Origin: Alphaproteobacteria bacterium
GTDB taxonomy: Bacteria > Pseudomonadota > Alphaproteobacteria > SMXQ01
Assembly: GCA_050485485.1 (NCBI GenBank)
Contig: JBJHBM010000008.1
Location: 3,829-67,828, forward strand
DNA: 64,000 nucleotides
Direction: 5' to 3'
The notes under the pieces are model-generated. The model ran no database searches and was not told where the DNA came from. It was given only the letters and a program-made list of their open reading frames with translations. This document shows positions 38,128 to 48,225 of the stretch, piece after piece (the first letter of the stretch is position 1; each line of letters begins with the position of its first letter). A program made the translations under genes and the position numbers.

Positions 38128-39190
38128 GGACCAGCATGTCCTCTGGCTTGCGCTCGAAGGCGCGGCGGTCGGCGTCGACCATTTCGGAGACCAGGTGGGG
38201 GAACGGCGTCTCGTGGCGCCAGCCGAGCCGCTCACGCGCTTTCGCCGGATTCCCGAGGAGCCAGTCCACCTCGGTGGGGCGGAAGTAGCGCGGATCGACG
38301 GATACCAGTACTTCGCCCGTACGCGCACAAGAGCCTGTCTCCTCTATGCCGGAGCCGTGCCACTCTATCCTGCGCCCGATGTGGGCGAAGGCGGCCTCGA
38401 CGAATTCGCGGACGGTATGCGATTCGCCGGTCGCCAGCACGTAGTCGTCGGATTTCGGCTGTTGCAGCATGAGCCACATGCCCTCGACGTAATCGCGCGC
38501 GTGTCCCCAGTCGCGCGCGGCGTCGAGATTACCGAGATGGAGCCGCGCCTGATGGCCGAGAGAGATCGCCGCCACGCCACGCGTAATCTTGCGGGTAACG
38601 AACGTTTCCCCTCGAACCGGGCTTTCATGATTGAACAGGATTCCGTTCGAAGCATGCATGCCGTAGGACTGCCGATAGTTGACCGTGATCCAGTAGGCAT
38701 AGAGCTTCGCCGCCGCGTAGGGGCTGCGCGGCTGAAAAGGCGTTGTCTCGCTCTGGGGGTGTTCGGGCGTGTTGCCGTAGAGTTCCGACGTCGACGCCTG
38801 GTAGAACCGTACCCTGTCGGCCATGCGGAGAATGCGGATCGCCTCCAGCATACGCAGCGTGCCGAGGCCATCGGCGTTACCGGTGTATTCCGGCGTCTCG
38901 AAGCTGACCTGGACATGGCTCTGCGCGGCGAGATTGTAAATCTCGTCCGGCTGGACCTCCTGCATCAGGCGTATCAGGTTGGTCGAATCGGTCATATCGC
39001 CGTAATGGAGGAAGAACCTCACTCCGGGCTCGTGCGGATCGCGGTACAGATGATCGATCCGGGCGGTGTTGAACGAGGAGGAACGTCGCTTGACGCCATG
39101 GACCTCGTAGCCCTTGGAGAGCAGCAATTCGGCAAGGTAGGCGCCATCCTGGCCCGTAACGCCGGTGATCAAGGCCACTTTCTTCTTCAT
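38117..39190 (-). CDS. gmd: GDP-mannose 4,6-dehydratase
   Basis: 357 aa. [27 protein letters not shown]...[13 protein letters not shown]...[10 protein letters not shown], hallmark Gmd motifs. Confidence 0.92.
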   Translation of the reverse strand: MKKKVALITGVTGQDGAYLAELLLSKGYEVHGVKRRSSSFNTARIDHLYRDPHEPGVRFFLHYGDMTDSTNLIRLMQEVQPDEIYNLAAQSHVQVSFETPEYTGNADGLGTLRMLEAIRILRMADRVRFYQASTSELYGNTPEHPQSETTPFQPRSPYAAAKLYAYWITVNYRQSYGMHASNGILFNHESPVRGETFVTRKITRGVAAISLGHQARLHLGNLDAARDWGHARDYVEGMWLMLQQPKSDDYVLATGESHTVREFVEAAFAHIGRRIEWHGSGIEETGSCARTGEVLVSVDPRYFRPTEVDWLLGNPAKARERLGWRHETPFPHLVSEMVDADRRAFERKPEDMLVHAA

Positions 39191-39428
39191 CGTACTGGGT
39201 TCTCCTACGGGCTTGCCGCCCGGAGCCGGCCGGTCGTCCGCGCCCGCTCCGACGCGTGATTTGTGCGCTCAGATCACACACGCCAGCCGGTATTGCCACC
39301 AGTGAACAAGCTGTGACGACCCAAGGCCTTCGACGGCGGCGGAACTTCAACGACGCTTTCCCTGTTTTTAACAGGGGAGGTCGGCCTTCGTTCCCGCGAA
39401 GCCCACCTCGTCCTACAACTTTGCGGAC

Positions 39429-40532
39429 ATGGAGAGAACGAACATGAACAGCGCCGAGCAGTCCCGTCTCGCCGGCCAAGGGCCCGCCAACTCGTGGCGT
39501 CCGATCGTCTACCTCTCCATCGTCGTTCTCGCGCTCGCAGGCTTTGCCGGCTGGATGATGATGGAGGAAAATGCCAGCACGGTGCCCGGATTCGTGACGG
39601 CGGGCGATCATGAAGCCGTCACGGTCGACGACGGGATGCGCGAACGCGTTGCCGTCATCGGCATCAGGGGACAGGGACGAGGAGTCGAGCTGAGGCGCGA
39701 CGGCGATACCTGGCGGCTCGCCAGTCACGGCGGATACCCGGTGCCCGCAGACCGCGTCAACGGCCTGCTCGATTCCCTGGAAAAGCTGCGCGTGGCCTAT
39801 GTCTCCGAACAGCAGCCGCCACCCTACGAAGCGATGGGACTCTCCAAGCTCGACGACCCGGCCGGCGTGACGTCGCAGGTGACGCTGCGCGACGCGGAGG
39901 GAACGACGCTTGCCACACTCGCCGTCGGCACTTCCGTCTCCGCTCCCGGCACCACGCTACAGCCCATGACAGCCGTGGCCAGGCCCGACGAGCAGAACAT
40001 CTGGCTGGTCCACGGCGAGTTCCAGCTCGCGACAGAACCGGTGGCCTGGGTCGACAACCAGATCACGGACATTCCGCCGCAACGCCTCGCCACCCTGGCC
40101 GTCACCGCGCCCGACGGAAAGCGCCTCGCGCTACGGCGCGGCGGCGAGGGCGGCGAGCTGGCGGTTGTGGAAGGGCTGCCGCAGGGCGAACGGATCAAGG
40201 CGACTTGGCTGCCGCGCGAACTGGCGGGCGCGCTCGAGGATCTCCGTTTCCTCGACGTCCGCCCCGCCGAGAAGATTGAGTTCGAACGAGGTGCCTGGAA
40301 GGCCGAGATCGCGACCGCCGACGGCCTCACCTACGAGGCGATGCTGATCCGCGAGGCCGACGCCGGCGCGACCGGCGCCTGGGCGACGTTGCGCGCCGAA
40401 GCCAACGAGGAGCATACCAAGGCGGCCGCGCAGGATTTCAACGAGCGCCACGCGCGATGGGCTTATCTGCTCAACGAGTACGCGGCCGGGCGCCTCACGG
40501 TGCGGCCGGAAGACCTCACGCAGGCGGAATGA
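39429..40532 (+). CDS. DUF4340-like membrane-anchored hypothetical protein
   Basis: N-terminal TM anchor (IVYLSIVVLALAGFAGWMMM) then a soluble domain. The second ATG (39444) has the better GGAGAGAA RBS. Divergent from the gmd operon. Confidence 0.5.
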   Translation: MERTNMNSAEQSRLAGQGPANSWRPIVYLSIVVLALAGFAGWMMMEENASTVPGFVTAGDHEAVTVDDGMRERVAVIGIRGQGRGVELRRDGDTWRLASHGGYPVPADRVNGLLDSLEKLRVAYVSEQQPPPYEAMGLSKLDDPAGVTSQVTLRDAEGTTLATLAVGTSVSAPGTTLQPMTAVARPDEQNIWLVHGEFQLATEPVAWVDNQITDIPPQRLATLAVTAPDGKRLALRRGGEGGELAVVEGLPQGERIKATWLPRELAGALEDLRFLDVRPAEKIEFERGAWKAEIATADGLTYEAMLIREADAGATGAWATLRAEANEEHTKAAAQDFNERHARWAYLLNEYAAGRLTVRPEDLTQAE

Positions 40533-40636
40533 CGCCACCACCGTGATAAAAAAACGGCCCGTGGTCTCGCCGCAGGCCGAAGGGTCTGGGAGGGCATCGC
40601 GCTCGCGCGGACCAGCGACAAGCGCGGCAGGCGACG

Positions 40637-41020
40637 CTACTGGGCTTCACGAAGGTATTCGTTGACTTCCTGCGCGATCTGCGGATCGGTCAGCGCGGCA
40701 TTGTAGATGTCGTTGTACTTCTCGACTGTCAGGCCCTCTTCCTCGATGGCCTCGACCATCTTGCCCGTGGCCTCTTCCCGCACGGATTGCTGCTCTTCGG
40801 GCGAACCGGCGCTCTGGAGCCGCTTGGTGTATTCCTCGTTGATCTTGCGAAGCTCGACGACCGCGCTGGCGTAGGACTTTAGATCGTCCGAATCGTACTT
40901 TGCGGCAGCGGGCGGCGGCATTTCGCCCTGGCCCGGTGCCTGCTGCGCCAGGGCCGCGGGAGGCGCCCATGCCAGTCCGAGCGCGATGACCGCGGCGAAG
41001 GGAATCAAGGCCAATTTCAT
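40637..41020 (-). CDS. DUF4168-like small secreted protein
   Basis: Start at internal ATG 41020 (AAAGGACC RBS). Signal peptide MKLALIPFAAVIALGLAWA. Helical Glu/Gln-rich repeat region (YASAVVELRKINEEYTKRLQ...YNDIYNAALTDPQIAQEVNEYL). Confidence 0.55.
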   Translation of the reverse strand: MKLALIPFAAVIALGLAWAPPAALAQQAPGQGEMPPPAAAKYDSDDLKSYASAVVELRKINEEYTKRLQSAGSPEEQQSVREEATGKMVEAIEEEGLTVEKYNDIYNAALTDPQIAQEVNEYLREAQ

Positions 41021-41217
41021 CGTATGGTCCTTTCGCTGGTTTCGACGATGCCGTCCTGCGACCGCGGATCGCTCCGGCAGCACAGAAGGCGGTGCTGGTA
41101 GATAAACAGGCCGTGCCCGTGCCCGGTTCCAGGATTCGGTCGGCCGGACAAATTCGTTGCGGCGGGGAACTTTTCGCCGCTCCGGATGTCCATTAGGGGA
41201 GTAATTGTGCGCGCCAG

Positions 41218-41772
41218 ATGACAGACGAGAGAGGCTTCGAGGTGGCAGAGGACGACCGCGAAGACGTGAAATGGATGATCGCGCGGCAGATACCGCACCT
41301 GCGCCGCTACGCCTATACCTTGGCGGGAGACCGGGAGCGCGCCGACGACCTCGTTCAGGACTGCCTTGAGCGGGCCATCCGCAAGCGCCATCTGTGGAAG
41401 CGCCAGGGTTCCATTCGGGGGTGGCTTTATCGCGTGCTGTACAACGTCTTTCTCAACCAGCGCACCCTTCACGACCGCTTGCGGCGCCAGGTTCCGATCG
41501 AGATCGCGACCGCCATGATGCCGTCCGAGCCCGCCCGCCAGGAACAGCGCCTCGCCTGCCGGGACATCGCGGATGCCATGTCGATGCTGCCGCAGGAGCA
41601 GCGCGCCGCCATCGGGCTGACCGCCGTCGAGGGCCTTTCCTACGACGAGGCGGCGCAGGTCCTGGACATTCCGATCGGCACGCTCCGTTCGCGCGTTGCG
41701 CGCGGCAGGATGCGGCTCACCGAGCTCTACGTACAGCCGGAAGGCCCGATCCGGCTCAGGCGGGTAAAATGA
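41218..41772 (+). CDS. ECF sigma factor (paralogue of 11046-11597)
   Basis: 184 aa. Region 2 LRRYAYTLAGDRERADDLVQDCLERAI..YNVFLN and region 4 GLSYDEAAQVLDIPIGTLRSRVARGRMRL. Confidence 0.85.
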   Translation: MTDERGFEVAEDDREDVKWMIARQIPHLRRYAYTLAGDRERADDLVQDCLERAIRKRHLWKRQGSIRGWLYRVLYNVFLNQRTLHDRLRRQVPIEIATAMMPSEPARQEQRLACRDIADAMSMLPQEQRAAIGLTAVEGLSYDEAAQVLDIPIGTLRSRVARGRMRLTELYVQPEGPIRLRRVK

Positions 41773-41773
41773 C

Positions 41774-42376
41774 ATGACGGATGAACGCAGCATCAACGGA
41801 GCCGTCATCGAGATAGGGGACGAGGAACTCGTCGCGCTCACCGATGGCCAGCTCGACCGCGATCCGCGCTACAAGGCCATGATCGAGCGCATGGCCGCCG
41901 CCGACCCCGAGCTCGCGCGGCGCGCGCAGGTCTTCCGCGAGCACACCGAATGCCTCCGGCGTACCTACGCGGTACGCTTGGCCGAGCCCGTGCCGGCACG
42001 GCTGCTGGACGCGCTCGAACGGGACGGGACGGCGGCGAGCGGTCGGCGCGCGCTGCGGGCGGCCGCCATCGTCGCGGTGGCTCTCGGCGCCGGCACGCTC
42101 GGCTGGTTCGGCGCCAAGCTCGACGCCGATGGCGGCGTCACCTCCTCCCCCGCGCCCGTCGCCGGGCCGGCACCCGAAACCGCGCCCCCCGCCGTACCGC
42201 GAACGGTTGCGAGCGAGCCGCCGGTGCCGCTGTTCCCCGGCGTGATTGCGCCACGCACCGCGGAGCCCGAGCCGATCCGCGGCGAGCGCCTGCTGCCGCT
42301 TCCGGCGCGGCCGCAACCGGCCCGCACCCAGCCCGTCGCCGACACGGCCGGGACGGACACGCGCTTCGAACCCTGA
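41774..42376 (+). CDS. Anti-sigma factor, single-pass membrane
   Basis: ATGA-coupled to the sigma gene. N-terminal cytoplasmic region, TM (AAAIVAVALGAGTLGWFGA) and Pro-rich periplasmic tail. Unrelated in sequence to the first anti-sigma. Confidence 0.6.
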   Translation: MTDERSINGAVIEIGDEELVALTDGQLDRDPRYKAMIERMAAADPELARRAQVFREHTECLRRTYAVRLAEPVPARLLDALERDGTAASGRRALRAAAIVAVALGAGTLGWFGAKLDADGGVTSSPAPVAGPAPETAPPAVPRTVASEPPVPLFPGVIAPRTAEPEPIRGERLLPLPARPQPARTQPVADTAGTDTRFEP

Positions 42377-42473
42377 GGGCACCGCTGCGGCGATGTTCCC
42401 GAAAGGTCACACCGCTGCGTCCGGCTCCTGACTAGCCTCGATTGCAGCACCCCTCGGGCATGGGCGGGCGGAC

Positions 42474-43814
42474 ATGATTATCGTCGACAGGGCATTGGAA
42501 CGCCGCGAGGCGGACAGCGCGCCGATCCGCGTCGGCCTCCTGGGGCCGGGCTTCATCGGCCGCGCCATCGCGCGCCAGCTCCTGCTCTACAGCAAGGGGA
42601 TTCGCGTCTCCGCGATCTACGGGCGCAACGCCGCCGGTGCAGCGCGTGCCTATACCGAGGCCGGGGTCGAGACGGCGCGGGCCGTGAGGACGGCCGCCGA
42701 GATGGCGGAAGCGGTTGCGCGCGGCATTCCCGCCTACACCGACGACTGGCGCCTCGTCTGCGGCGCGGCGGGCATCGATATCGTCATGGACGCCACGGGC
42801 GGCGTCGAGTTCGGGGCCCACGCCGCACTCATGGCTATCGAGCACGGCAAGCACCTGATCCTCAACAACGCCGAGCTCGATGGCACCATCGGGCCGCTGC
42901 TCAAGCGCAAGGCGGACCGCGCGGGCGTGATCTACACCACCAGCGACGGCGATCAGCCCGGCGTGCAGATGAACCTTTATCGTTTCGTGCGAGGCCTTGG
43001 CGTGCGCCCGGTGCTGTGCGGGAACATCAAGGGGCTTCACGACCCCTACCGCAATCCGACCACCCAGATTCCGTTCGCGCGCAAATGGGGCCAGAAGCCC
43101 GAGATGGTATCGTCGTTCGCGGACGGCACGAAGATCTCCTTCGAGCAGGCCGTGGTCGCCAACGCGACCGGGATGCGGATCGCACGGCGCGGGATGACCG
43201 GCGCCGACTTCCCGCCGGGCACGCCGCTCGAGCAGGCCGTCGCCGCCCTGCCGCTCGAGGACGCGGCGCGGGGCGGCGGGTTCGTGGACTATGTTGTGGG
43301 CGCGGTGCCGGCGCCGGGCGTGTTCGTGATCGGCATGCTCGAGGATCCGGTGCAGCGCCATTACCTCAGGCTCTACAAGCTGGGCGACGGGCCGTTCTAT
43401 CTGTTCTACACGCCCTATCACCTGTGCCATTTCGAAGTCGCCAACTCGGTCGCGCGCGTGGCACTGTTCGCCGACGCGGTGGGTGCGCCCCTGGGCGGGC
43501 CCCTGGTGGAGGTGGTGGCGGCGGCCAAGGCCGATCTCGCCGCCGGCGCCGTCATCGACGGGATGGGCCACTACATGACCTACGGTCTCGCCGAGGACGC
43601 GGAGGAGGCGCATGCCGGGCGGATGCTGCCGGTCGGCGTCGCCGAAGGATGCCGGCTGGTGCGCGACGTGCCGCGGGACACGGTCCTGACCTACGACGAC
43701 GTGGCGCTGCCGCCCGACCGCCTGATCGATGCCTTGCGGCGCGAGCAGGACGAGGTTTTCTTCGGCTGGTCGCGTGACCTTCCGGCGCCCGCGCGCAGCT
43801 ACGCCGCCCGCTGA
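42474..43814 (+). CDS. NAD(P)-binding oxidoreductase with SAF domain (COG4091, homoserine-dehydrogenase-like)
   Basis: N-terminal Rossmann fold IRVGLLGPGFIGRAIARQL and a C-terminal SAF-like region. 446 aa. Confidence 0.55.
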   Translation: MIIVDRALERREADSAPIRVGLLGPGFIGRAIARQLLLYSKGIRVSAIYGRNAAGAARAYTEAGVETARAVRTAAEMAEAVARGIPAYTDDWRLVCGAAGIDIVMDATGGVEFGAHAALMAIEHGKHLILNNAELDGTIGPLLKRKADRAGVIYTTSDGDQPGVQMNLYRFVRGLGVRPVLCGNIKGLHDPYRNPTTQIPFARKWGQKPEMVSSFADGTKISFEQAVVANATGMRIARRGMTGADFPPGTPLEQAVAALPLEDAARGGGFVDYVVGAVPAPGVFVIGMLEDPVQRHYLRLYKLGDGPFYLFYTPYHLCHFEVANSVARVALFADAVGAPLGGPLVEVVAAAKADLAAGAVIDGMGHYMTYGLAEDAEEAHAGRMLPVGVAEGCRLVRDVPRDTVLTYDDVALPPDRLIDALRREQDEVFFGWSRDLPAPARSYAAR

Positions 43815-43836
43815 TCCTGCGTCTTTTTGCCGCGGC

Positions 43837-44883
43837 TCAGCAGTCGCGGAGACGGGCGCGGACGTGGCTCACGAAGGCGCCGGGCCGCAGGATGGCCTGG
43901 CCCATTTCCCCCAGCACGGCGCGTGCGAGGTCGGCCACGTCGGGGAACCGGTCCGCCGCGCGCAGGCCCTCGCCGTGATATGAGAAGAACGAGGACTCGC
44001 GCAACAGCACCGCGTTGCGGACCAGGAACCGATAGTAACGGCGAAGAAAACGGGCCTCGAGCCGCGCCATCTCCTCGGGATCGAGATAGCGCGGACCGTA
44101 CTCCTGTAGCATCAGGAGCGTGTCGCGGTACTGTGAGCCCTTGCGGTTGGCGACCGTGGCCGTGACCGATTCGCCGTGCACCCGCGACAGCATCAGAACC
44201 TCGTGGACGAAGCCGAAATCGACCCGCTCCAGCACGTTGAGGAAAGCCGCGATGTCGGCGTGGAGATACCTGTCCGGATAGAACGGCATGTTGTCATCGA
44301 TCAGGTCGCGGCGGATCAGATTGCCGGTGGGCGCGATCGCGAACACCTGCTCGCGCAGGAACATGCGGCCCACCTCGCGCCCCGGGAACACGTTGCGGTG
44401 AGTCGGCAGTCCCCCGCACTGCAGGCGCCCGCCCCTGAGCCGCAGCGCGCCGACGATGCCGACCGAGGGGTTGCGCACCGCCACGTCCACCATCCGCATC
44501 AGGCTTTCCGGCATCATCGTATCGTCCGCCGGCAGCACCCAGACGTAGCGCGCCCGCGGCGAGACATGGCCGAGCGCGCGGTTCCAGTTGGGGATGACGG
44601 GCAGCAGCTCGTCGGTTCCGATCAGGCGGATGCGCGGGTCGCGCGCCGCGTAGTGGCGCGCGACCGCATAGGTCTGGTCGCGGCTCGCGTTATCGAGGAT
44701 CACGTGCTCGAGCAGGCAATAGCTCTGGGCGAGGACGCTCTCTATGCATTCCGCGAGATAGCGCCCGCCGTTGTGGACCGGCGTCACCACGCTGACGAGG
44801 GGAGTCTCGGGACCGGTGACCTGCATGAAATACGGCGCCATCTCCACAAGGACGAGCCGCGCCCGCGCCATGCGGACGCCCAT
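43837..44883 (-). CDS. Glycosyltransferase family 2
   Basis: GT-A N-terminus VSVVTPVHNGGRYLAECIESVLAQS...HVILDNASRD and a DxD-like ADD. Exact start among several in-frame Met is uncertain. Confidence 0.75.
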   Translation of the reverse strand: MGVRMARARLVLVEMAPYFMQVTGPETPLVSVVTPVHNGGRYLAECIESVLAQSYCLLEHVILDNASRDQTYAVARHYAARDPRIRLIGTDELLPVIPNWNRALGHVSPRARYVWVLPADDTMMPESLMRMVDVAVRNPSVGIVGALRLRGGRLQCGGLPTHRNVFPGREVGRMFLREQVFAIAPTGNLIRRDLIDDNMPFYPDRYLHADIAAFLNVLERVDFGFVHEVLMLSRVHGESVTATVANRKGSQYRDTLLMLQEYGPRYLDPEEMARLEARFLRRYYRFLVRNAVLLRESSFFSYHGEGLRAADRFPDVADLARAVLGEMGQAILRPGAFVSHVRARLRDC

Positions 44884-45046
44884 GAAGAAACAGTAGTGAT
44901 GCCGGCGCCGGCCCGCCAGCGTCCCTCCATAAAGTTATAGGTTGGTCACAACGGGTCACCGTTTGGGCACGGGCCTTCGGCCCTCCGGCTATTTCATTAT
45001 GTTTCCGAGCGCCGCCCACCCGGCGCCGCAACCCGATGGGGAAAGC

Positions 45047-45823
45047 ATGAAGGTCGTGATTCTGGCGGGCGGCTACGGGACCCGCATAAGCGAGGAAACG
45101 GGCACCCGCCCCAAGCCGCTGGTCGAGATCGGCGGCCGTCCTCTCCTGTGGCATATCATGAAGATCTATTCCGCCTACGGGTTGCGGGAATTCGTCATCT
45201 GCGGCGGCTACAAGTGCGCGATGATCAAGTCGTACTTCCGCGACTATGCGCTTGAGGTTTCCGACGTTTCGTTCGACCTCGCGCGGGGCGACATCGAGTA
45301 CATCCGCCGCGATGTCGACCCCTGGCGGGTCTCGGTCATCGACACGGGAGAAAACACCATGACCGGTGGGCGCATCCGGCGCGTGCTCGACTACGTCGGC
45401 GACGAGACCTTCTGCCTGACCTACGGCGACGGCGTCTCCAACGTCGATATCGGCGACCTCATCCGCTATCACCGCACCTCCGGCGCCCTGGCGACGCTGA
45501 CGGCGGTCCACCAGCCGGGGCGTTTCGGCGCGCTCGCCCTGGACCCCGAGGAAAGCCGCGTGCGCGCCTTCCGGGAAAAGTCCAACTCCGACGGTGGGCT
45601 GATCAACGGCGGCTTCTTCGTCGTCGAACCCGGGATCGCGGACTATATCGACGGCGACGAGACGGTGTGGGAGGAGGAGCCCCTGATGCGCCTCGCGCGC
45701 GACGGTCTTCTGGCCGCCTACCGACACAACGGCTTCTGGCAGAACATGGACACCCTGCGCGACAAGATGCTGCTGGAGGATCTCTGGGCCAAGGAGGGCG
45801 CACCGTGGAAGGTATGGCATTGA
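45047..45823 (+). CDS. rfbF: Glucose-1-phosphate cytidylyltransferase
   Basis: [45 protein letters not shown]..., RfbF/DdhA family signature. Internal ATG 45047. Confidence 0.85.
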   Translation: MKVVILAGGYGTRISEETGTRPKPLVEIGGRPLLWHIMKIYSAYGLREFVICGGYKCAMIKSYFRDYALEVSDVSFDLARGDIEYIRRDVDPWRVSVIDTGENTMTGGRIRRVLDYVGDETFCLTYGDGVSNVDIGDLIRYHRTSGALATLTAVHQPGRFGALALDPEESRVRAFREKSNSDGGLINGGFFVVEPGIADYIDGDETVWEEEPLMRLARDGLLAAYRHNGFWQNMDTLRDKMLLEDLWAKEGAPWKVWH

Positions 45824-46938
45824 AGGCGAGCGGCGTCATGGAGCGTCCCGAGGGCGCGCAGCGCGTCCTCGTCACTGGCGCGGCGGGCTACATCGGCTCT
45901 GTGCTGACGGCGGAGCTCGCGGCGCGCGGCTACGAGGTCGTGGGCCTCGACACAGGCTTCTTCGACAATGAAGCCCTGTTCCACGACGGTCAGGATCGGC
46001 CGGCCATGCTCGCACGCGACGTGCGCGACCTGCGCGCCGACGAGCTGCTCGGCTACGACGCCGTCGTGCATCTGGCGGAGATGTCGAACGATCCTCTGTG
46101 CGGCTTCAGCAGCATGTCCACCTTCGACATCAACTACCGGGGCTCGGCGGCGCTCGCGGCGAAAGCCAAGGTCGCAGGTGTGCGGCGCTTCATCTATGCG
46201 TCCTCCTGCAGCGTCTACGGCGCCGCCGGCGGCGGCGAGGCCGTGGCCGAAACCTCTCCCACCGACCCGCAGACCATCTACGCGCGCTGCAAGGTCATGG
46301 TCGAACAGGAGGTTCGCGGCCTCGCCTCCCGCGACTTCGTGCCGGTGTTCCTGCGCAACGCGACCGCCTACGGCGTGTCCCCCAGCATGCGCTTCGACAT
46401 CGTCCTCAACAACTTGGCGGGCTTGGCCTGGACCACTCGCCGCATCGCCATGACCAGCGACGGTACCCCATGGCGGCCGCTGGTTCACGTCCGCGACATC
46501 TGCGCGGCGATCGCTGCCGCCCTGGAAGCGGATGCCGAGACAGTGTCGGGAGAGGCCTTCAACGTCGGTAGCGACGCGCAGAACTACCAGATTCGCGACA
46601 TCGCCAATATCGTCGCCGAAGAGTTCCCGGACTGCGAAGTGACGTTCGGCAGGAACGATGGCGACGGCCGCAGCTACCGTGTCTCGTTCGCGAAGATTCG
46701 GGCGCACCTTCCGGGCTTCGAATGCCGCTGGGACGCGCGCCGCGGCGCACGCGAGCTACGCCAGGTCTTCGAGCGGATCGCCATGGCCGAGACCACCTTC
46801 CGGTCCTCCACCTTCACCCGGCTCGCGCGCCTCCGGGAACTGGCCGATTCGGGGCAGGTCGACGGTAGTCTGCGGTGGCGTTCTCTCACGGGCGTTCCGT
46901 CGCGGCACTCCGGCGCGCGCGCCCTGCGCGCCGTCTGA
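45814..46938 (+). CDS. NAD-dependent sugar epimerase/dehydratase (SDR, extended)
   Basis: [25 protein letters not shown] (GxxGxxG) and catalytic YARCK (YxxxK). Overlaps the rfbF-like stop by 10 nt. The step it performs (4,6-dehydratase vs epimerase/reductase) is not resolvable by eye. Confidence 0.75.
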   Translation: MALKASGVMERPEGAQRVLVTGAAGYIGSVLTAELAARGYEVVGLDTGFFDNEALFHDGQDRPAMLARDVRDLRADELLGYDAVVHLAEMSNDPLCGFSSMSTFDINYRGSAALAAKAKVAGVRRFIYASSCSVYGAAGGGEAVAETSPTDPQTIYARCKVMVEQEVRGLASRDFVPVFLRNATAYGVSPSMRFDIVLNNLAGLAWTTRRIAMTSDGTPWRPLVHVRDICAAIAAALEADAETVSGEAFNVGSDAQNYQIRDIANIVAEEFPDCEVTFGRNDGDGRSYRVSFAKIRAHLPGFECRWDARRGARELRQVFERIAMAETTFRSSTFTRLARLRELADSGQVDGSLRWRSLTGVPSRHSGARALRAV

Positions 46939-46947
46939 GGAGCGGCC

Positions 46948-48225
46948 ATGAGTACCGCCGTCGCCGCTCCCCCTGCCCATGCCGCGACGCACGCCATGCC
47001 GCCCGCATGCCGCCTGTGCGGAGCGCCTCTCCTGCGCACCGTCCTCGACCTCGGCGCACAGCCTTCCGCCAACGCCTACCTGAGCGGCGACCGCCTTAGG
47101 ACGATGGAGCCCACTTGGCCGCTCCATGTCTATGTCTGCGACGATTGCCATCTGGTCCAGCTCGAGGCCCTGCACGGCACCGAGGAGCTGTTCTCCGACT
47201 ATGCCTATTTCTCGTCCTACTCCGATGCCTGGCTGCGCCATGCCGAAAGCTACACCAGGCAGATGATCGGTCGCCTCGGGCGCGAACGGCTCGGGCGCGT
47301 GATCGAGGTGGCGAGCAACGACGGTTACCTGTTGCAGTACTTTGCGCGGGAAGGCATCCAGGTGCTCGGGATCGACCCTGCCGCCAACGTCGCCCGCGTG
47401 GCCGAAAGCCGGGGCATACCGACCCTCGTGCGCGCGTTCGGGCGCGCAACGGCACAAGAGCTGGCCGCGGCCGGGACCCTGGGGGACCTGGTCGTCGCCA
47501 ACAACGTGCTCGCCCATGTCCCCGACCTCAACGACTTTGTCGCCGGCCTCTCCGCCGTCGTCCGCGACGAAGGCGTGATCACCTGCGAGTTTCCGCATCT
47601 GCTTCGCCTCGTCATGGAAAACCAGTTCGATACCATCTACCATGAGCACTTTTCGTATCTGTCGCTCGCGGTCGTAGGCCGACTGTTCGCGGACCATGGG
47701 CTGGTCGTCTTCGACGTCGAGGAGTTGCCGACGCACGGCGGTTCCCTTCGGGTTTTCGCGGCGCGGCGGTCCGCCGGCCATCGGTCGTCCGAAAGAGTCG
47801 CGGAGGTGCTCGCCCGGGAACGCGTGGCGGGCCTCTGCGGCATCGACGTCTACGGCGCCTTCGCCGGGCGTGTCGCGCGCGTCAAGCGCGAGCTGGTCCG
47901 CACGCTCATGGACATCCGCGAAATGGGCCAGACCATCGCCGCCTACGGCGCCCCCGCCAAGGGCAACACGCTGCTCAATTATTGCGGCATCGGCACGGAT
48001 CTCGTGTCGTTCACGGTGGATCGAAGCCCGCACAAGCAAGGGCACTGGCTGCCGGGGACGCGTATTCCGATCCATCACCCGGACGCCCTGCGCGCCGCCC
48101 GTCCCGACTACGTCTTGATCCTGCCGTGGAATCTCAAGGACGAGATCATCCGCAACTGCGGATTCATCCGCGACTGGGGCGGTAAATTCGTCGTTCCGAT
48201 CCCTCGGGTTTCGATCGTAGCATGA
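46948..48225 (+). CDS. SAM-dependent sugar C-methyltransferase (TylC3/NovU-like; N-terminal Zn-ribbon, class-I MTase, C-MT C-terminal domain)
   Basis: CRLCGAPL...CDDCHLVQL zinc ribbon, then the SAM fold (VIEVASNDGYLLQYFAREG...DLVVANNVLAHVPD) and a C-terminal domain, as in PF08421/PF13489/PF08484 C-methyltransferases. Confidence 0.75.
   Translation: MSTAVAAPPAHAATHAMPPACRLCGAPLLRTVLDLGAQPSANAYLSGDRLRTMEPTWPLHVYVCDDCHLVQLEALHGTEELFSDYAYFSSYSDAWLRHAESYTRQMIGRLGRERLGRVIEVASNDGYLLQYFAREGIQVLGIDPAANVARVAESRGIPTLVRAFGRATAQELAAAGTLGDLVVANNVLAHVPDLNDFVAGLSAVVRDEGVITCEFPHLLRLVMENQFDTIYHEHFSYLSLAVVGRLFADHGLVVFDVEELPTHGGSLRVFAARRSAGHRSSERVAEVLARERVAGLCGIDVYGAFAGRVARVKRELVRTLMDIREMGQTIAAYGAPAKGNTLLNYCGIGTDLVSFTVDRSPHKQGHWLPGTRIPIHHPDALRAARPDYVLILPWNLKDEIIRNCGFIRDWGGKFVVPIPRVSIVA

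Noticed and set aside
40533-40636. Possible bidirectional terminator between the convergent DUF4340 and DUF4168 genes
   Set aside because: Only weak 5-bp stems with long loops were found, with no U-tract on either strand.
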